A stretch of DNA of 59,658 nucleotides from assembly GCA_016201135.1 (NCBI GenBank), contig JACQDK010000011.1:1-59658 (forward strand), written 5' to 3'. The notes beneath the pieces were generated by a model, which saw nothing but the letters and a program-made list of their open reading frames with translations, did not search any database and was not told where the DNA came from. Below are positions 36,612 to 45,826 of the stretch, piece after piece. The position numbers and the translations under genes are program-made. Within the stretch, counting starts at the first letter, position 1. Every line of letters begins with the position of its first letter. The stretch is from Actinomycetota bacterium. Its GTDB lineage: Bacteria; Actinomycetota; UBA4738; HRBIN12.

Positions 36612-36857
36612 CTATGCCTCGCGGTGGATTCTCGCTCTGTAGAAGCCCAGCACGGACATGAAGACCGCCGCCGCGAGTCCGCCGCCAATGACCACGACCT
36701 GGGCCCGCGAGAGGGGATGCTGTCTCAGCACCAGAGCCGCATCAGGGGCGTAGTCGCACAAGAATCCGGCGCATCGCTTCGGACTCGGAAGGATCCACCA
36801 TCCAGTCACGAACGCGCCGATCGATACCGCGAAGCCGCCAGCGAACAAGATCGTCAT
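36612..36857 (-). CDS. Small two-TM hypothetical protein with a CxxxxC loop
   Basis: MTILFAGG...KRCAGFLCD...VVVIGGGLAAAVF. Confidence 0.55.
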   Translation of the reverse strand: MTILFAGGFAVSIGAFVTGWWILPSPKRCAGFLCDYAPDAALVLRQHPLSRAQVVVIGGGLAAAVFMSVLGFYRARIHREA

Positions 36858-37116
36858 TGGATGCCTGGCCACGGCTCGTCGTATGCCGGCTGGCCCATGC
36901 CCCGCTAGCTCACGACCTTGGGGGGGAGGTGTCTGCGAGCTGGGCCACGGGCACGACCCCGCCCGTGCGCTCCGGCGAGTGCGGGTCACCTTCTCCGGCG
37001 TCATCGCGCCATGGAATGCTGATTCGTGGCGAATGGCCTGGAAGCCACCGTGATCGCACGTCCTTGCGTCCCGGCGCGCACGGCCATCCATCCTCGGCCG
37101 CGGCGCGAGCGCAGAC

Positions 37117-37623
37117 CTAGTTCCCTCCGACGATGAAGGCGCCCGTATGTGCGTCTATGACGGTCACCCAGTCGGAACCCGCGCATGTGGGCAATGGCGG
37201 TGATCCTCCGGAACTCAGCGACGGGCCGAGCATTGGGACGCACACACCCGCCCAGTCCACCCCGTAGTAGAGGTTGGTGCCCTCTCCCCAGTGCAAGTCG
37301 CTGGCGTTTGCCGATCCGAGCGTCACCTGAACCGTCTTCGCGTCCGGATGGCCGTCCTCGGCGCCGGCGCGTCGTAATGCGTCATCGAAAGAGATGATCG
37401 CCGAGAGGTCCATCCCGTCCACAGGACCGAACGCTCCGAAAGTCTGTCCGGCGGTGAGGGTGACGTCCGGCAGCCTCGTCGCCTGGCAGTCGTGGACAAG
37501 CTGAGCGCACGGAGCGAGCGCGGGCGACGACGACGTTGCACCGCCCGCCGACACGCCGCAGGAAGTGAGCATGATCGCTGCGAACGTCGCGGTCGCGATT
37601 ACCCGCACCCTCACGCTCCCCAC
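37117..37623 (-). CDS. Putative lipoprotein
   Basis: LTSC lipobox after a hydrophobic stretch; C-terminal VIDAHTG; extra Cys pairs. Confidence 0.65.
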   Translation of the reverse strand: MGSVRVRVIATATFAAIMLTSCGVSAGGATSSSPALAPCAQLVHDCQATRLPDVTLTAGQTFGAFGPVDGMDLSAIISFDDALRRAGAEDGHPDAKTVQVTLGSANASDLHWGEGTNLYYGVDWAGVCVPMLGPSLSSGGSPPLPTCAGSDWVTVIDAHTGAFIVGGN

Positions 37624-37722
37624 GGCCCGGTGTGGACCTCCTGCGCCCTTGTTGACCGTACACCTCGCTCTCAGCCATCGGTCGGAACCCGAGTGGAGCT
37701 TCAGGACGTCAGAACGAGACGG

Positions 37723-38136
37723 ATGAGGCGTTTGCTGTTGTATGCGACGGCCACCATCGTGGCCGCAGTCACGGGGCTCTTTGCGTGGGCCTGGGCAGAT
37801 GCCCGTATCGGCTTCATCACCCTGGGTGCCGCGTTGGTGGCCCTCCTGCTATGGGCGGCGCGACGGCTGCCAGAGGTCCGAAGGCCGCACCTTCGAGTTG
37901 CCGCCCTCGGGGCCCTCTTGGGCGCCGTCGTCATCGCCGTCCTCCTGCCTTCGACGCGAGTCGTGTGCGACTGCCCTCCTCCGCTTCACTCGATCGGCCA
38001 CATCAGCTGCAACTGCCCGGTCGACCGTCACACCCCGCTTCGGATCGCGATCGCCGCGTCGGGACTCATCATCGCAGGTGGCCTGGATGTGCTCGCTAGT
38101 CGCATGGGCGGAAGCACCAGCGCCACAACGCAGTAG
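37723..38136 (+). CDS. Small membrane protein with a CDC...CNC loop
   Basis: Four hydrophobic segments; VCDCPPPLHSIGHISCNC followed by an LRIAIA helix. Confidence 0.65.
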   Translation: MRRLLLYATATIVAAVTGLFAWAWADARIGFITLGAALVALLLWAARRLPEVRRPHLRVAALGALLGAVVIAVLLPSTRVVCDCPPPLHSIGHISCNCPVDRHTPLRIAIAASGLIIAGGLDVLASRMGGSTSATTQ

Positions 38137-38525
38137 GGTCATTGCGCCCCGGCGCCGGGTGGCGCATCGGTGCACCGGACGGATTGCTTCGGGCAGGCGG
38201 TGCGTTCTGGCTTGCAGAGCGGTGGCGGTCCGCTCTGGGTAGACCGGCATCCCACGCCGTGCTGGATCGTGCGGCGGGCGGCGCGGGCAGGCATCGCCGG
38301 AATCGTCGTCGCGAACCTCGCGCGACGGCAGCTGACGTCCTCCGGCGGAGATATCGCCGACGCTCGTGGTGCGCGCACCGACGCTCTTTCTCTTCGCCTG
38401 GCTCGTTAGATATCGATTAGAAGCTGCGCCGTCTGCCCGTTCGGGGGCGAATGACTTGGTGGGGCTCACGTATCGTCGAATAGTCCGACGCGCCTTGTGG
38501 ACGCGTCTTCCAGAAGGGCTGGTCC

Positions 38526-39452
38526 GTGCGCGAACGTACCGCGATCGCCGTTCCCGGCCGCCCGGCTCCACTCGTGATCGGCTCCGGCTCGTCGATCTCG
38601 GCTCTGGGTCGGGCGCTTCGACCCAAGCAGTGGGCGAAGAACGCGCTCGTGTTCGCCGCGCCCGGAGCAGCTGGGGTGCTCGGCAGGCCGAGCGTGCTCG
38701 CACACGCGACGCTCGCCTTCGCTGGCTTCTGCGCGGTGGCGAGCGCCGCGTATCTGGTGAACGACGTGGTCGACGCGCCGCAGGACCGTAGCCACGCGGC
38801 GAAGCGCTTCCGTCCGGTCGCCTCCCGTGAGCTCTCGCCTCGTCTTGCCGTCGCCGCCGCGAGCGTGCTGATCCTCGCGGGCGGGGCGATCGGCTCGTAC
38901 GTGGGCGTTCGGTTCCTGTCGGTGGAGTTCGCCTACGTCGCGATGACTCTCACCTACAGCCTCTGGTTGAAGCGGATCGCGGTGATCGAGCTGGTCGCCG
39001 TGGCCTCCGGCTTCGTGCTTCGTGCGGTCGCCGGGAGCGCCGCGACCGGCGTGCCTCCTTCCGCCTGGTTCCTCATCCTCGCGTGCTCGGGAGCGATGTG
39101 CGTCGTCGCGGGCAAGCGACTTGCCGACACGCGTCGAGCCGAAGACGACTCCGAGAGGAGCGCGCGGGCGCGCTACCCCGTCGAGTACCTCCGCGGCGTC
39201 TGGGTGGTGGCGGCCGGCGTCGCCCTCACCGCCTACTGCCTGTGGGCGTTCGCGGTGCCGCACGTCGTGGACGGCGTCGCGTGGAGCCAGGTGTCCATAG
39301 TGCCGTTCGCGGTCGCGATCTTGCGATACGCCTACGCGATCGAGATGGGCGATGGAGGAACCCCCGAAGCGGTGTTCCTGCGCGATCGCACGCTCCAAGT
39401 GGTCGCCCTCGCGTGGCTGGTCGTCTACGCGCTTGGCGTGTATCTCAAGTGA
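38526..39452 (+). CDS. Decaprenyl/polyprenyl-phosphate phosphoribosyltransferase (UbiA family, Rv3806c-like)
   Basis: LRPKQWAKN, YLVNDVVD...D.SH..KRFRP, GKR, YAYAIEMGDGGTPE. Directly upstream of dprE1. Confidence 0.9.
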   Translation: MRERTAIAVPGRPAPLVIGSGSSISALGRALRPKQWAKNALVFAAPGAAGVLGRPSVLAHATLAFAGFCAVASAAYLVNDVVDAPQDRSHAAKRFRPVASRELSPRLAVAAASVLILAGGAIGSYVGVRFLSVEFAYVAMTLTYSLWLKRIAVIELVAVASGFVLRAVAGSAATGVPPSAWFLILACSGAMCVVAGKRLADTRRAEDDSERSARARYPVEYLRGVWVVAAGVALTAYCLWAFAVPHVVDGVAWSQVSIVPFAVAILRYAYAIEMGDGGTPEAVFLRDRTLQVVALAWLVVYALGVYLK

Positions 39453-40873
39453 TGCGGCGTCCCGATCTCGGAGGTGGTGCGGCCGGCGGCCCGCTCGAGC
39501 CGCGGTCCCGGATCCTTTGCGGCTGGGGGCGCACGTCGCCGAGCAGGGCGAGCGTGGTCAGGCCTCGCGACGCGGCCGACGTGGCCACCGCGCTCGGGGC
39601 GATGGGAGCTCGCGGAGCCATCGCCCGCGGCCTCGGCCGCAGCTACGGTGACGTCGCGCAGAACGGCGGCGGGCTCGTCCTCGACATGACCGCCCAGCGG
39701 GGGATCGAGCGTTTCGACGAAGACGAGGGCATCCTCGCGGCGCTCGCCGGCACGTCGATCGATGACATCCTTCGCGCGATCGTGCCGCGCGGCTGGTTCC
39801 TGCCCGTCACTCCCGGCACCCGTTTCGTCACTCTCGGCGGCGCGATCGCGAACGACGTGCACGGCAAGAATCATCACGGGGACGGGTCGCTCGGTGATCA
39901 CCTTGTGGGGTTCGAGCTGCTCCTTCCGGACGGCCAGGTGCGGCAGGTCGCGCTCGCGTCCGATCCCGAGACCTACGAGGCCACCCTGGGGGGCCTGGGG
40001 CTCACGGGCATCATCGTTCGCGCCACGGTCCGTCTGCTCCCTATAGGGACCTCCTGGACGCGGGTCGATACCGAGCGCGCCGTCGACCTGGAGGACCTGA
40101 TGGGCCGGATGGCCTCGGACGACCACCGCTACAGGTACTCGGTGGCCTGGGTGGACTGCCTCGCACGCGGCCGGTCGCTCGGCCGAGGGGTGCTCACGCG
40201 GGGCGACCACGCCACGCGTGAGGAGCTTCCGAGCGCGCTCGCACGCGATCCGCTCGTCTACTCGCCTCGCATGCTCGCCTCGGTGCCGCCCGGAGTCCCG
40301 AACGTCGTCACGCGAGCGGCGGCGCGCTCATTCAACGAGGTCTGGTTCCGGAAGGCCCCCCGCGAGGAGCGCGGGAGGATCACCTCGCTGACGTCCTTCT
40401 TCTATCCGCTGGACGCGATCGCGGACTGGAACCGCCTCTACGGGCGCCGCGGGTTCGTGCAGCACCAGTTCGTCGTGCCCTTCGGGCAGGAGCGCGTGGT
40501 CGAGACGGCCGTCGAGCTGCTCTCGTCCGGCGGGTCGGCGTCGTTCCTCGCGGTGCTGAAGCGGTTCGGGCCCGGACGCGGGATGCTCTCGTTCCCCGCC
40601 CCCGGGTGGACGCTGGCTCTCGACCTCCCCGCCGGCCAACCCGGCCTTGCGCAGCTGCTCGACCGCATCGACCGACTCGTCGCCGAGGCCGGCGGGCGCG
40701 TCTACCTGGCCAAGGACGCGCGCCTGAACCCGGCCTTGCTGCCGGACATGTACCCGGACCTGGACCGGTGGATGGATGCCCGCGAACGCTTGGATCCAGG
40801 TCACGCGTGGCGATCGGATCTGGAGAGACGGCTCGGGCTCGGCGCCCGGCAACGAAAGGACGCGCTCACATGA
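39452..40873 (+). CDS. dprE1: Decaprenylphosphoryl-beta-D-ribose oxidase (DprE1-like FAD oxidoreductase)
   Basis: GLGRSYGD, PVTPGTRFVTLGGAIANDVHGKNHH, GGRVYLAKD. Confidence 0.9.
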   Translation: MRRPDLGGGAAGGPLEPRSRILCGWGRTSPSRASVVRPRDAADVATALGAMGARGAIARGLGRSYGDVAQNGGGLVLDMTAQRGIERFDEDEGILAALAGTSIDDILRAIVPRGWFLPVTPGTRFVTLGGAIANDVHGKNHHGDGSLGDHLVGFELLLPDGQVRQVALASDPETYEATLGGLGLTGIIVRATVRLLPIGTSWTRVDTERAVDLEDLMGRMASDDHRYRYSVAWVDCLARGRSLGRGVLTRGDHATREELPSALARDPLVYSPRMLASVPPGVPNVVTRAAARSFNEVWFRKAPREERGRITSLTSFFYPLDAIADWNRLYGRRGFVQHQFVVPFGQERVVETAVELLSSGGSASFLAVLKRFGPGRGMLSFPAPGWTLALDLPAGQPGLAQLLDRIDRLVAEAGGRVYLAKDARLNPALLPDMYPDLDRWMDARERLDPGHAWRSDLERRLGLGARQRKDALT

Positions 40874-41631
40874 AGGATGGATTGGGAAGGTACGGGACCG
40901 CGCTCTTCCTGGGCGGCGGGTCGGACATCGGCCTCGCGACCGCTCGGGCGCTCGTTGCCCGGGGCACGCAGAAGGTGGTGCTGGCGGCGCGCAGCCCCGA
41001 CGAGCTCGCTCTCCAGGTCGAGGAGCTCCGGGCTCGCGGCGCCGCCGAGGTCGAGGTCGTGCCGTTCGACGCGCTCGCCACGGCCTCGCACGAGGCCTTC
41101 GTCGATGAGATGTTCGAGCGGTTCGGTGACGTGGATCTCGTCGTCCTGGCCTTCGGCGTGCTGGGAGATCAGCACGCCATGGAGAAGGACACCGCGGCCG
41201 CACTGGAGGTTGCGCGCACGAACTACGTGGGCGCGGTCTCGGTCCTGCTGCCGGTGGCGCGCAAGCTTCGTGAGCAGGGACACGGCGCGATCGCGGTGCT
41301 CTCGTCCGTGGCCGGTGAGCGCGGCCGCCGGTCGAACTTCGTCTACGGTTCGTCGAAGGCGGGGCTCGACGTGTTCTGCCAGGGTCTGGGGGACCTCCTT
41401 GCCGGAGAGGGTGTGCAGCTCCTCGTCGTCCGGCCGGGGTTCGTGCGCTCGAAGATGACGGCGCACCTCGATCCGGTACCGTTCTCCACCACGCCGGGCG
41501 CCGTGGCGCGCGCGATCCTGGTCGGACTCGAGCGGAAGGCCGACGTGGTGTGGGTGCCCTCGAAGCTCCGCTGGGTGATGAGCGGGCTGCGCCACCTGCC
41601 CCGAACCGTCTTCCGCAGGCTGGAGATCTGA
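40870..41631 (+). CDS. dprE2: DprE2-like SDR reductase
   Basis: LGGGSDIG, SSVAGERGRRSNFVYGSSKAG, VRPGFVRSKMT. ATGA overlap. Confidence 0.9.
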   Translation: MKDGLGRYGTALFLGGGSDIGLATARALVARGTQKVVLAARSPDELALQVEELRARGAAEVEVVPFDALATASHEAFVDEMFERFGDVDLVVLAFGVLGDQHAMEKDTAAALEVARTNYVGAVSVLLPVARKLREQGHGAIAVLSSVAGERGRRSNFVYGSSKAGLDVFCQGLGDLLAGEGVQLLVVRPGFVRSKMTAHLDPVPFSTTPGAVARAILVGLERKADVVWVPSKLRWVMSGLRHLPRTVFRRLEI

Positions 41632-42842
41632 TGGACCAACTCTCGCGCACGCGCTCCGCGGCCCCGACGCCCGCGCCTCCGGGCATCGGCCGGGGGAAGC
41701 GGCGGCATCGTGTGCGCCGCGCGATCGCGATGGCCCTGTTCGTGGTGATGGTGCCCGTCACGTGGTCATACGCCGGCGCGCTCACGGCACCCGGCAACGC
41801 GCCGTTCTCCGCGCGCACGGTCGAGTGGATCAAGTCTCACGGCGGCCGCGGCGCGGTGCTCGACGCCGAGCGGTTCTGGTACTCGTGGCACAAGCCTCCG
41901 GTGGGCGGCACGCCCCCGGGGGGCATCCCGATCGAGGCGGCGCCGTCCCTCGCCCAGCCTGCCGGCTCGACGCAGTCGCGGCTCCCCGATCACCTGGCAG
42001 CGCCGCAGGACGTTCAGCCGTTCGTCCCGAACCCGCTCCCGAGCGAGGGCCGTTGGCAGACCGTGGGCCGGACCGTGGACGGCCTCCCGACCCTGCGCGT
42101 CACCTACCTGCGCCCCGACTCGCTTCACACGAGCCTGCTCGCGGGCGTGATGTGGATGGACACGAAGCTCCTGCACGCCGAGCTGATCCCCGGAACGGTG
42201 GTACCCGGCCGCTCGTGGCCGACGAACGCCGAGGTCCCCCCATCCCGATACGACCAGATCGCTGCCACCTTCAACTCCGGGTTCCTGCTGGCGGACTCGC
42301 ACGGAGGCTTCTACCTGGACGGCCGTACCGCGGCACCGCTCGTGCCGGGACAGGCCTCGCTCGTGATCTACAAGGACGGGACCGTGAACGTCGGATCGTG
42401 GGGTAGCGACGTCTCGATGACTCCCGACGTGGTCGCCGTCCGGCAGAACCTCTCGATGCTCGTGAGCAACGGACGTCCCCTCCCGGGTCTGGCGACGGAC
42501 TCTGTTCGAAAGTGGGGCGTGACGCTGGGCAACGCGGTGCTCGTGTGGCGCTCCGGGATCGGCGTCACGCAGGACGGCGCGCTCGTCTACGCCGCGGGCC
42601 CGGGCCTCACGGTGCAGAGCCTCGCCGCGATCCTCGCCCGGGCCGGCGCCGTCCGCGCGATGGAGCTCGACATCAACACCGAGTGGACGTCGGCGAACTA
42701 CTACACGTCCAGGAAGGGATCCGCGCCCGCTCCCCACAAGCTGCTGGCCGACATGTACCAGGGTCCCGACCGCTACCTGATCCCGGACCAGCGCGACTTC
42801 TTCGCCATGTTCCTGCCGAAGCGATCCGCGGCTTCCGGTTGA
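41631..42842 (+). CDS. Membrane-anchored phosphodiester glycosidase (NAGPA-like) family protein
   Basis: N-terminal TM helix, FNSGF, VWRSGIG, AMELDIN. TGATG overlap. Confidence 0.8.
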   Translation: MDQLSRTRSAAPTPAPPGIGRGKRRHRVRRAIAMALFVVMVPVTWSYAGALTAPGNAPFSARTVEWIKSHGGRGAVLDAERFWYSWHKPPVGGTPPGGIPIEAAPSLAQPAGSTQSRLPDHLAAPQDVQPFVPNPLPSEGRWQTVGRTVDGLPTLRVTYLRPDSLHTSLLAGVMWMDTKLLHAELIPGTVVPGRSWPTNAEVPPSRYDQIAATFNSGFLLADSHGGFYLDGRTAAPLVPGQASLVIYKDGTVNVGSWGSDVSMTPDVVAVRQNLSMLVSNGRPLPGLATDSVRKWGVTLGNAVLVWRSGIGVTQDGALVYAAGPGLTVQSLAAILARAGAVRAMELDINTEWTSANYYTSRKGSAPAPHKLLADMYQGPDRYLIPDQRDFFAMFLPKRSAASG

Positions 42843-42908
42843 CGCTGGCTGACGCTGGCTGACGCTGGCGTGACGCTGGCTGACGCGGGGCTGACGCGGG
42901 CGTGACGC
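42840..42908 (+). repeat. Seven-copy TGACGC array with 10-11 bp spacing
   Basis: TGACGC starts at 42840, 42850, 42860, 42871, 42881, 42892 and 42903. Confidence 0.9.
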
Positions 42909-42940
42909 CCTCGCCCGGCCTGTGACACCATCGGCCACCG

Positions 42941-43771
42941 ATGCCCAGGGTCGACCTGCACGCGCACTCGAACCGCTCCGACGGGACCCTCACGCCGTCG
43001 GAGCTGGTCGGGCTCGCGGTAGAGCGAGGGCTGGGCGGCGTGGCCCTCACCGACCACGACACCTTCGCGGGCCTCGACGAGGCCGCCGGGGCCGCGCAGG
43101 CCGCGGGGCTCGCGTTCGTCCCCGGGATCGAGTTCTCGGCCGAGTACGAGGGCGCGTCGCTGCACATCCTCGCGTACTGGGTCGACCCGGCGGACGCCGC
43201 GATCGGCGAGGAGCTGAGGCGCCTCACCGAGACCCGCCTACGCCGGGGGGAGATGATGGTCGAGAAGCTCCAGGGGCTCGGCTACGACATCTCGTTCGAC
43301 CGGGTCCGGGAGATCGCCGGGGGTGGGACCATCGCGCGGCCTCACGTCGCGACCGCGATGGTGCAGGCCGGCATCGTGCAGACGGAGAAGGACGCGTTCG
43401 ACCGCTTCATCTCCGATGAGGGCATCGCGTACGTGCCGAAGCACGCCCTCGCGCCGGCGGACGCGCTCGCGCTGATCCGCGCCGCCGGGGGCGCCTGCGT
43501 GCTCGCGCACCCGGGGATGTGGAAGGGCCAGGGGTCCGTGCCCGAGTCCCTCATCGAGGAGATGTCCGCGGGAGGCATGGCCGGGCTGGAGGTCGACCAT
43601 CCCGACCACGACGAGGCCCAGCGCGCCCGGTACCGGGCGTTGGCCGAGCGGCTCGGCCTGGTGCCTACAGGCGCCTCGGACTGTCACGGGGAGCGCTACG
43701 GCTTCCGGCTGGGATGCGAGACCACGGACTCCGAGGTCGTGGACGAGCTCCGCCGGCGCGCCGGCGCCTAG
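42941..43771 (+). CDS. PHP domain phosphoesterase (TrpH-like)
   Basis: DLHAHS..SDG, LTDHDT, GIEFS, HIL, AHP, GASDCHG. Confidence 0.93.
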   Translation: MPRVDLHAHSNRSDGTLTPSELVGLAVERGLGGVALTDHDTFAGLDEAAGAAQAAGLAFVPGIEFSAEYEGASLHILAYWVDPADAAIGEELRRLTETRLRRGEMMVEKLQGLGYDISFDRVREIAGGGTIARPHVATAMVQAGIVQTEKDAFDRFISDEGIAYVPKHALAPADALALIRAAGGACVLAHPGMWKGQGSVPESLIEEMSAGGMAGLEVDHPDHDEAQRARYRALAERLGLVPTGASDCHGERYGFRLGCETTDSEVVDELRRRAGA

Positions 43772-43779
43772 GAGCCGGC

Positions 43780-44613
43780 ATGAGCGCAGCCTCGCGAGCC
43801 CGCGAGAACGTCACGATCCGGCGGATCGAGGACCCCTCGGACCCGAGCCTCTCAGACTTCACCGACCTGCGCGACGTGCAGCTCCGATCGAGGCGGGAGC
43901 CGGCCGAGGGGATCTTCATCGCGGAGGGGGAGGCCACGATCCGGCGTGCCGTCGACGCGGGGTACGAGGTCCGGTCCGTGGTACTCATCGAGCGCTGGCT
44001 CGAAGGACTCTCCGATCTGCTCGAGCTGACCGGCGCGCCGGCGCTCCTGGTCGATGACGAGGTGCTGGCCCGAACGGTCGGGTTCCCGGTGCACCGCGGG
44101 GCGCTCGCCTCGATGGCCAGGCGGCCTTTGCCGGCGCCGGCGGCCGTGCTGGCCGGCGCGCGGCGCGTGGCCGTGCTCGAGGACCTCACCGACCACACGA
44201 ACCTGGGAGCCATCTTCCGGAGCGCCGCGGCCTTCGGGATGGACGCCGTCGCGCTCACTCCGCGGTGCGCCGACCCCCTCTACCGCCGTGCCGTGCGGAC
44301 GTCGATGGGCGCGGTGTTCGCGGTGCCGTGGACGCGGATACCGTGGCGGGAGGGGCCCGGCCTGCTCCGGGACCTCGGTCTCCCGGTGCTCGCGCTCACG
44401 CCGGCAGAGGACGCCGTCTCCCTGCGGGACCTGGATCCGGCAGCCTTCGCCCGCGCGGCGATGGTGCTCGGGAACGAGGGGACCGGCCTGTCGACCTACT
44501 GGCTCGGCGAGGCCGATCTGCGGGTGCGGGTTCCGATGCGCCGCGGAGTGGACTCGCTGAACGTCGCGGCCGCCGCGGCCGTCGCCTTTTACCAATTGGG
44601 GGCCCCGACGTGA
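43780..44613 (+). CDS. TrmH/SpoU family RNA methyltransferase
   Basis: NLGAIFRSAAA, LGNEGTG, VPMRRGVDSLNVAAA. Confidence 0.93.
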   Translation: MSAASRARENVTIRRIEDPSDPSLSDFTDLRDVQLRSRREPAEGIFIAEGEATIRRAVDAGYEVRSVVLIERWLEGLSDLLELTGAPALLVDDEVLARTVGFPVHRGALASMARRPLPAPAAVLAGARRVAVLEDLTDHTNLGAIFRSAAAFGMDAVALTPRCADPLYRRAVRTSMGAVFAVPWTRIPWREGPGLLRDLGLPVLALTPAEDAVSLRDLDPAAFARAAMVLGNEGTGLSTYWLGEADLRVRVPMRRGVDSLNVAAAAAVAFYQLGAPT

Positions 44614-45269
44614 CGCTCGAGATGGTGTTCCTCGACATCGGCGGGGTGCTCTACGACGACGGCGTGTACGCGCGCTCCTGGCAGCGCGCCCTCCGCGAGG
44701 CCGGGGGCTCCTTCACCGATGACGAGTTCGCCGAGGAGTACCGGCTCGCCCGGGCGTCGCAGTCGGGCTCGTTCCGCCGCAGGCTCGCCGACCGGTTCCT
44801 GGGACCGGGTTTGCCGATCGAGCCGATCGAGGAGATCGCCGCCCGCTACTGGGCCTATCCGCCCGAGGCGCTCCTTCCCGACGTGAGGCCCTGCCTGGAG
44901 GTGCTCTCCGGCCGCTACCGGCTGGGGATCGTGGCTAACCAGCCCGCGCACGTGCGCGAGGCCATGGTGCGCGACGGCCTCGAAGGCTACTTCGAGGTCT
45001 GGGGGGTCTCGGGCGACGTGGGGCTCGAGAAGCCGGACCCGCGGCTCTTCGCGCACGTGCTGTACGTGGCCGGCGTCGCGCCGCCGCGCGCGGCGATGGT
45101 GGGGGACCGGCTCGACTACGACGTGCGGCCGGCCAGGACGGCGGGGATGAAGGCGGTGTGGGTGCTGCGGGGGGAGGCGCCCGACGAGCCGACGCCCTCC
45201 CAGCTCGCCGAGGCGGACGCGGCCGTCCGCTCGCTGGAAGAGCTCCCGGGCGCCCTCGAGCGGCTCTGA
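44610..45269 (+). CDS. HAD family hydrolase
   Basis: FLDIGGVL, EKPDPRLF, MVGDRLDYD. GTGA overlap. Confidence 0.92.
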   Translation: MTLEMVFLDIGGVLYDDGVYARSWQRALREAGGSFTDDEFAEEYRLARASQSGSFRRRLADRFLGPGLPIEPIEEIAARYWAYPPEALLPDVRPCLEVLSGRYRLGIVANQPAHVREAMVRDGLEGYFEVWGVSGDVGLEKPDPRLFAHVLYVAGVAPPRAAMVGDRLDYDVRPARTAGMKAVWVLRGEAPDEPTPSQLAEADAAVRSLEELPGALERL

Positions 45270-45305
45270 GACTCGCCGGCGGAGCCGGGCGGGTTCCCCG
45301 GGACC

Positions 45306-45776
45306 CTAGGACGCGCCCTTGCGGCGCTGCTTCTGGAGCTCGGTTGCCGCGCGGAGGGCGACCGTCGAGCGGCGTATGTCCGGCAGCTCGTGGCCGCCCG
45401 AGAGCTCCTCGGCCGCCCATCGCGTGAGATCCCTGATCGAGATGATCCCGACGACCCTTCCTCGGTCCAGCACGGGCAGGTGCCGGATGTTCCGCTCGGC
45501 CATGTGCTCGGCCGCCTCCGCGATGTCGGTCTTCGGCGAGACCGTCTCCAGGTCGCGGCGCGTCATGCCCAGGGCCACCTTCACGTCGTGGGGGTCTCCG
45601 CCGGCCGCCACGAGGTTCACGATGTCGCGCTCGGTCACGATCCCGACGAGCCTCTTGCCGTCCAGGATGACCACCGAGGAGATCCCGTGCATCCGCATCG
45701 TCTTGGCCACGTCGGCGAACGTGTCGTCCTCGCTCGCGGACTTCACGTCGGTGTGCATGATGTCTCCGACCTGCAT
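45306..45776 (-). CDS. CBS domain pair protein
   Basis: VGIVTERD, IRHLPV, VGIISIRD. Confidence 0.92.
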   Translation of the reverse strand: MQVGDIMHTDVKSASEDDTFADVAKTMRMHGISSVVILDGKRLVGIVTERDIVNLVAAGGDPHDVKVALGMTRRDLETVSPKTDIAEAAEHMAERNIRHLPVLDRGRVVGIISIRDLTRWAAEELSGGHELPDIRRSTVALRAATELQKQRRKGAS

Positions 45777-45826
45777 GGGTCCTCCTCGAAGAGCCTCGGG
45801 CCCCAGGGTACCGGACCGCCCCGGTC

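Noticed and set aside
38139-38470. Small Cys-containing ORFs (e.g. 38139..38378 minus)
   Set aside because: No SD or leaderless signal, no recognisable motif, and competing frames are equally weak.
42840-42908. CRISPR array or plasmid iterons
   Set aside because: The units are only 10-11 bp with no unique spacers, and there is no cas or rep gene nearby.
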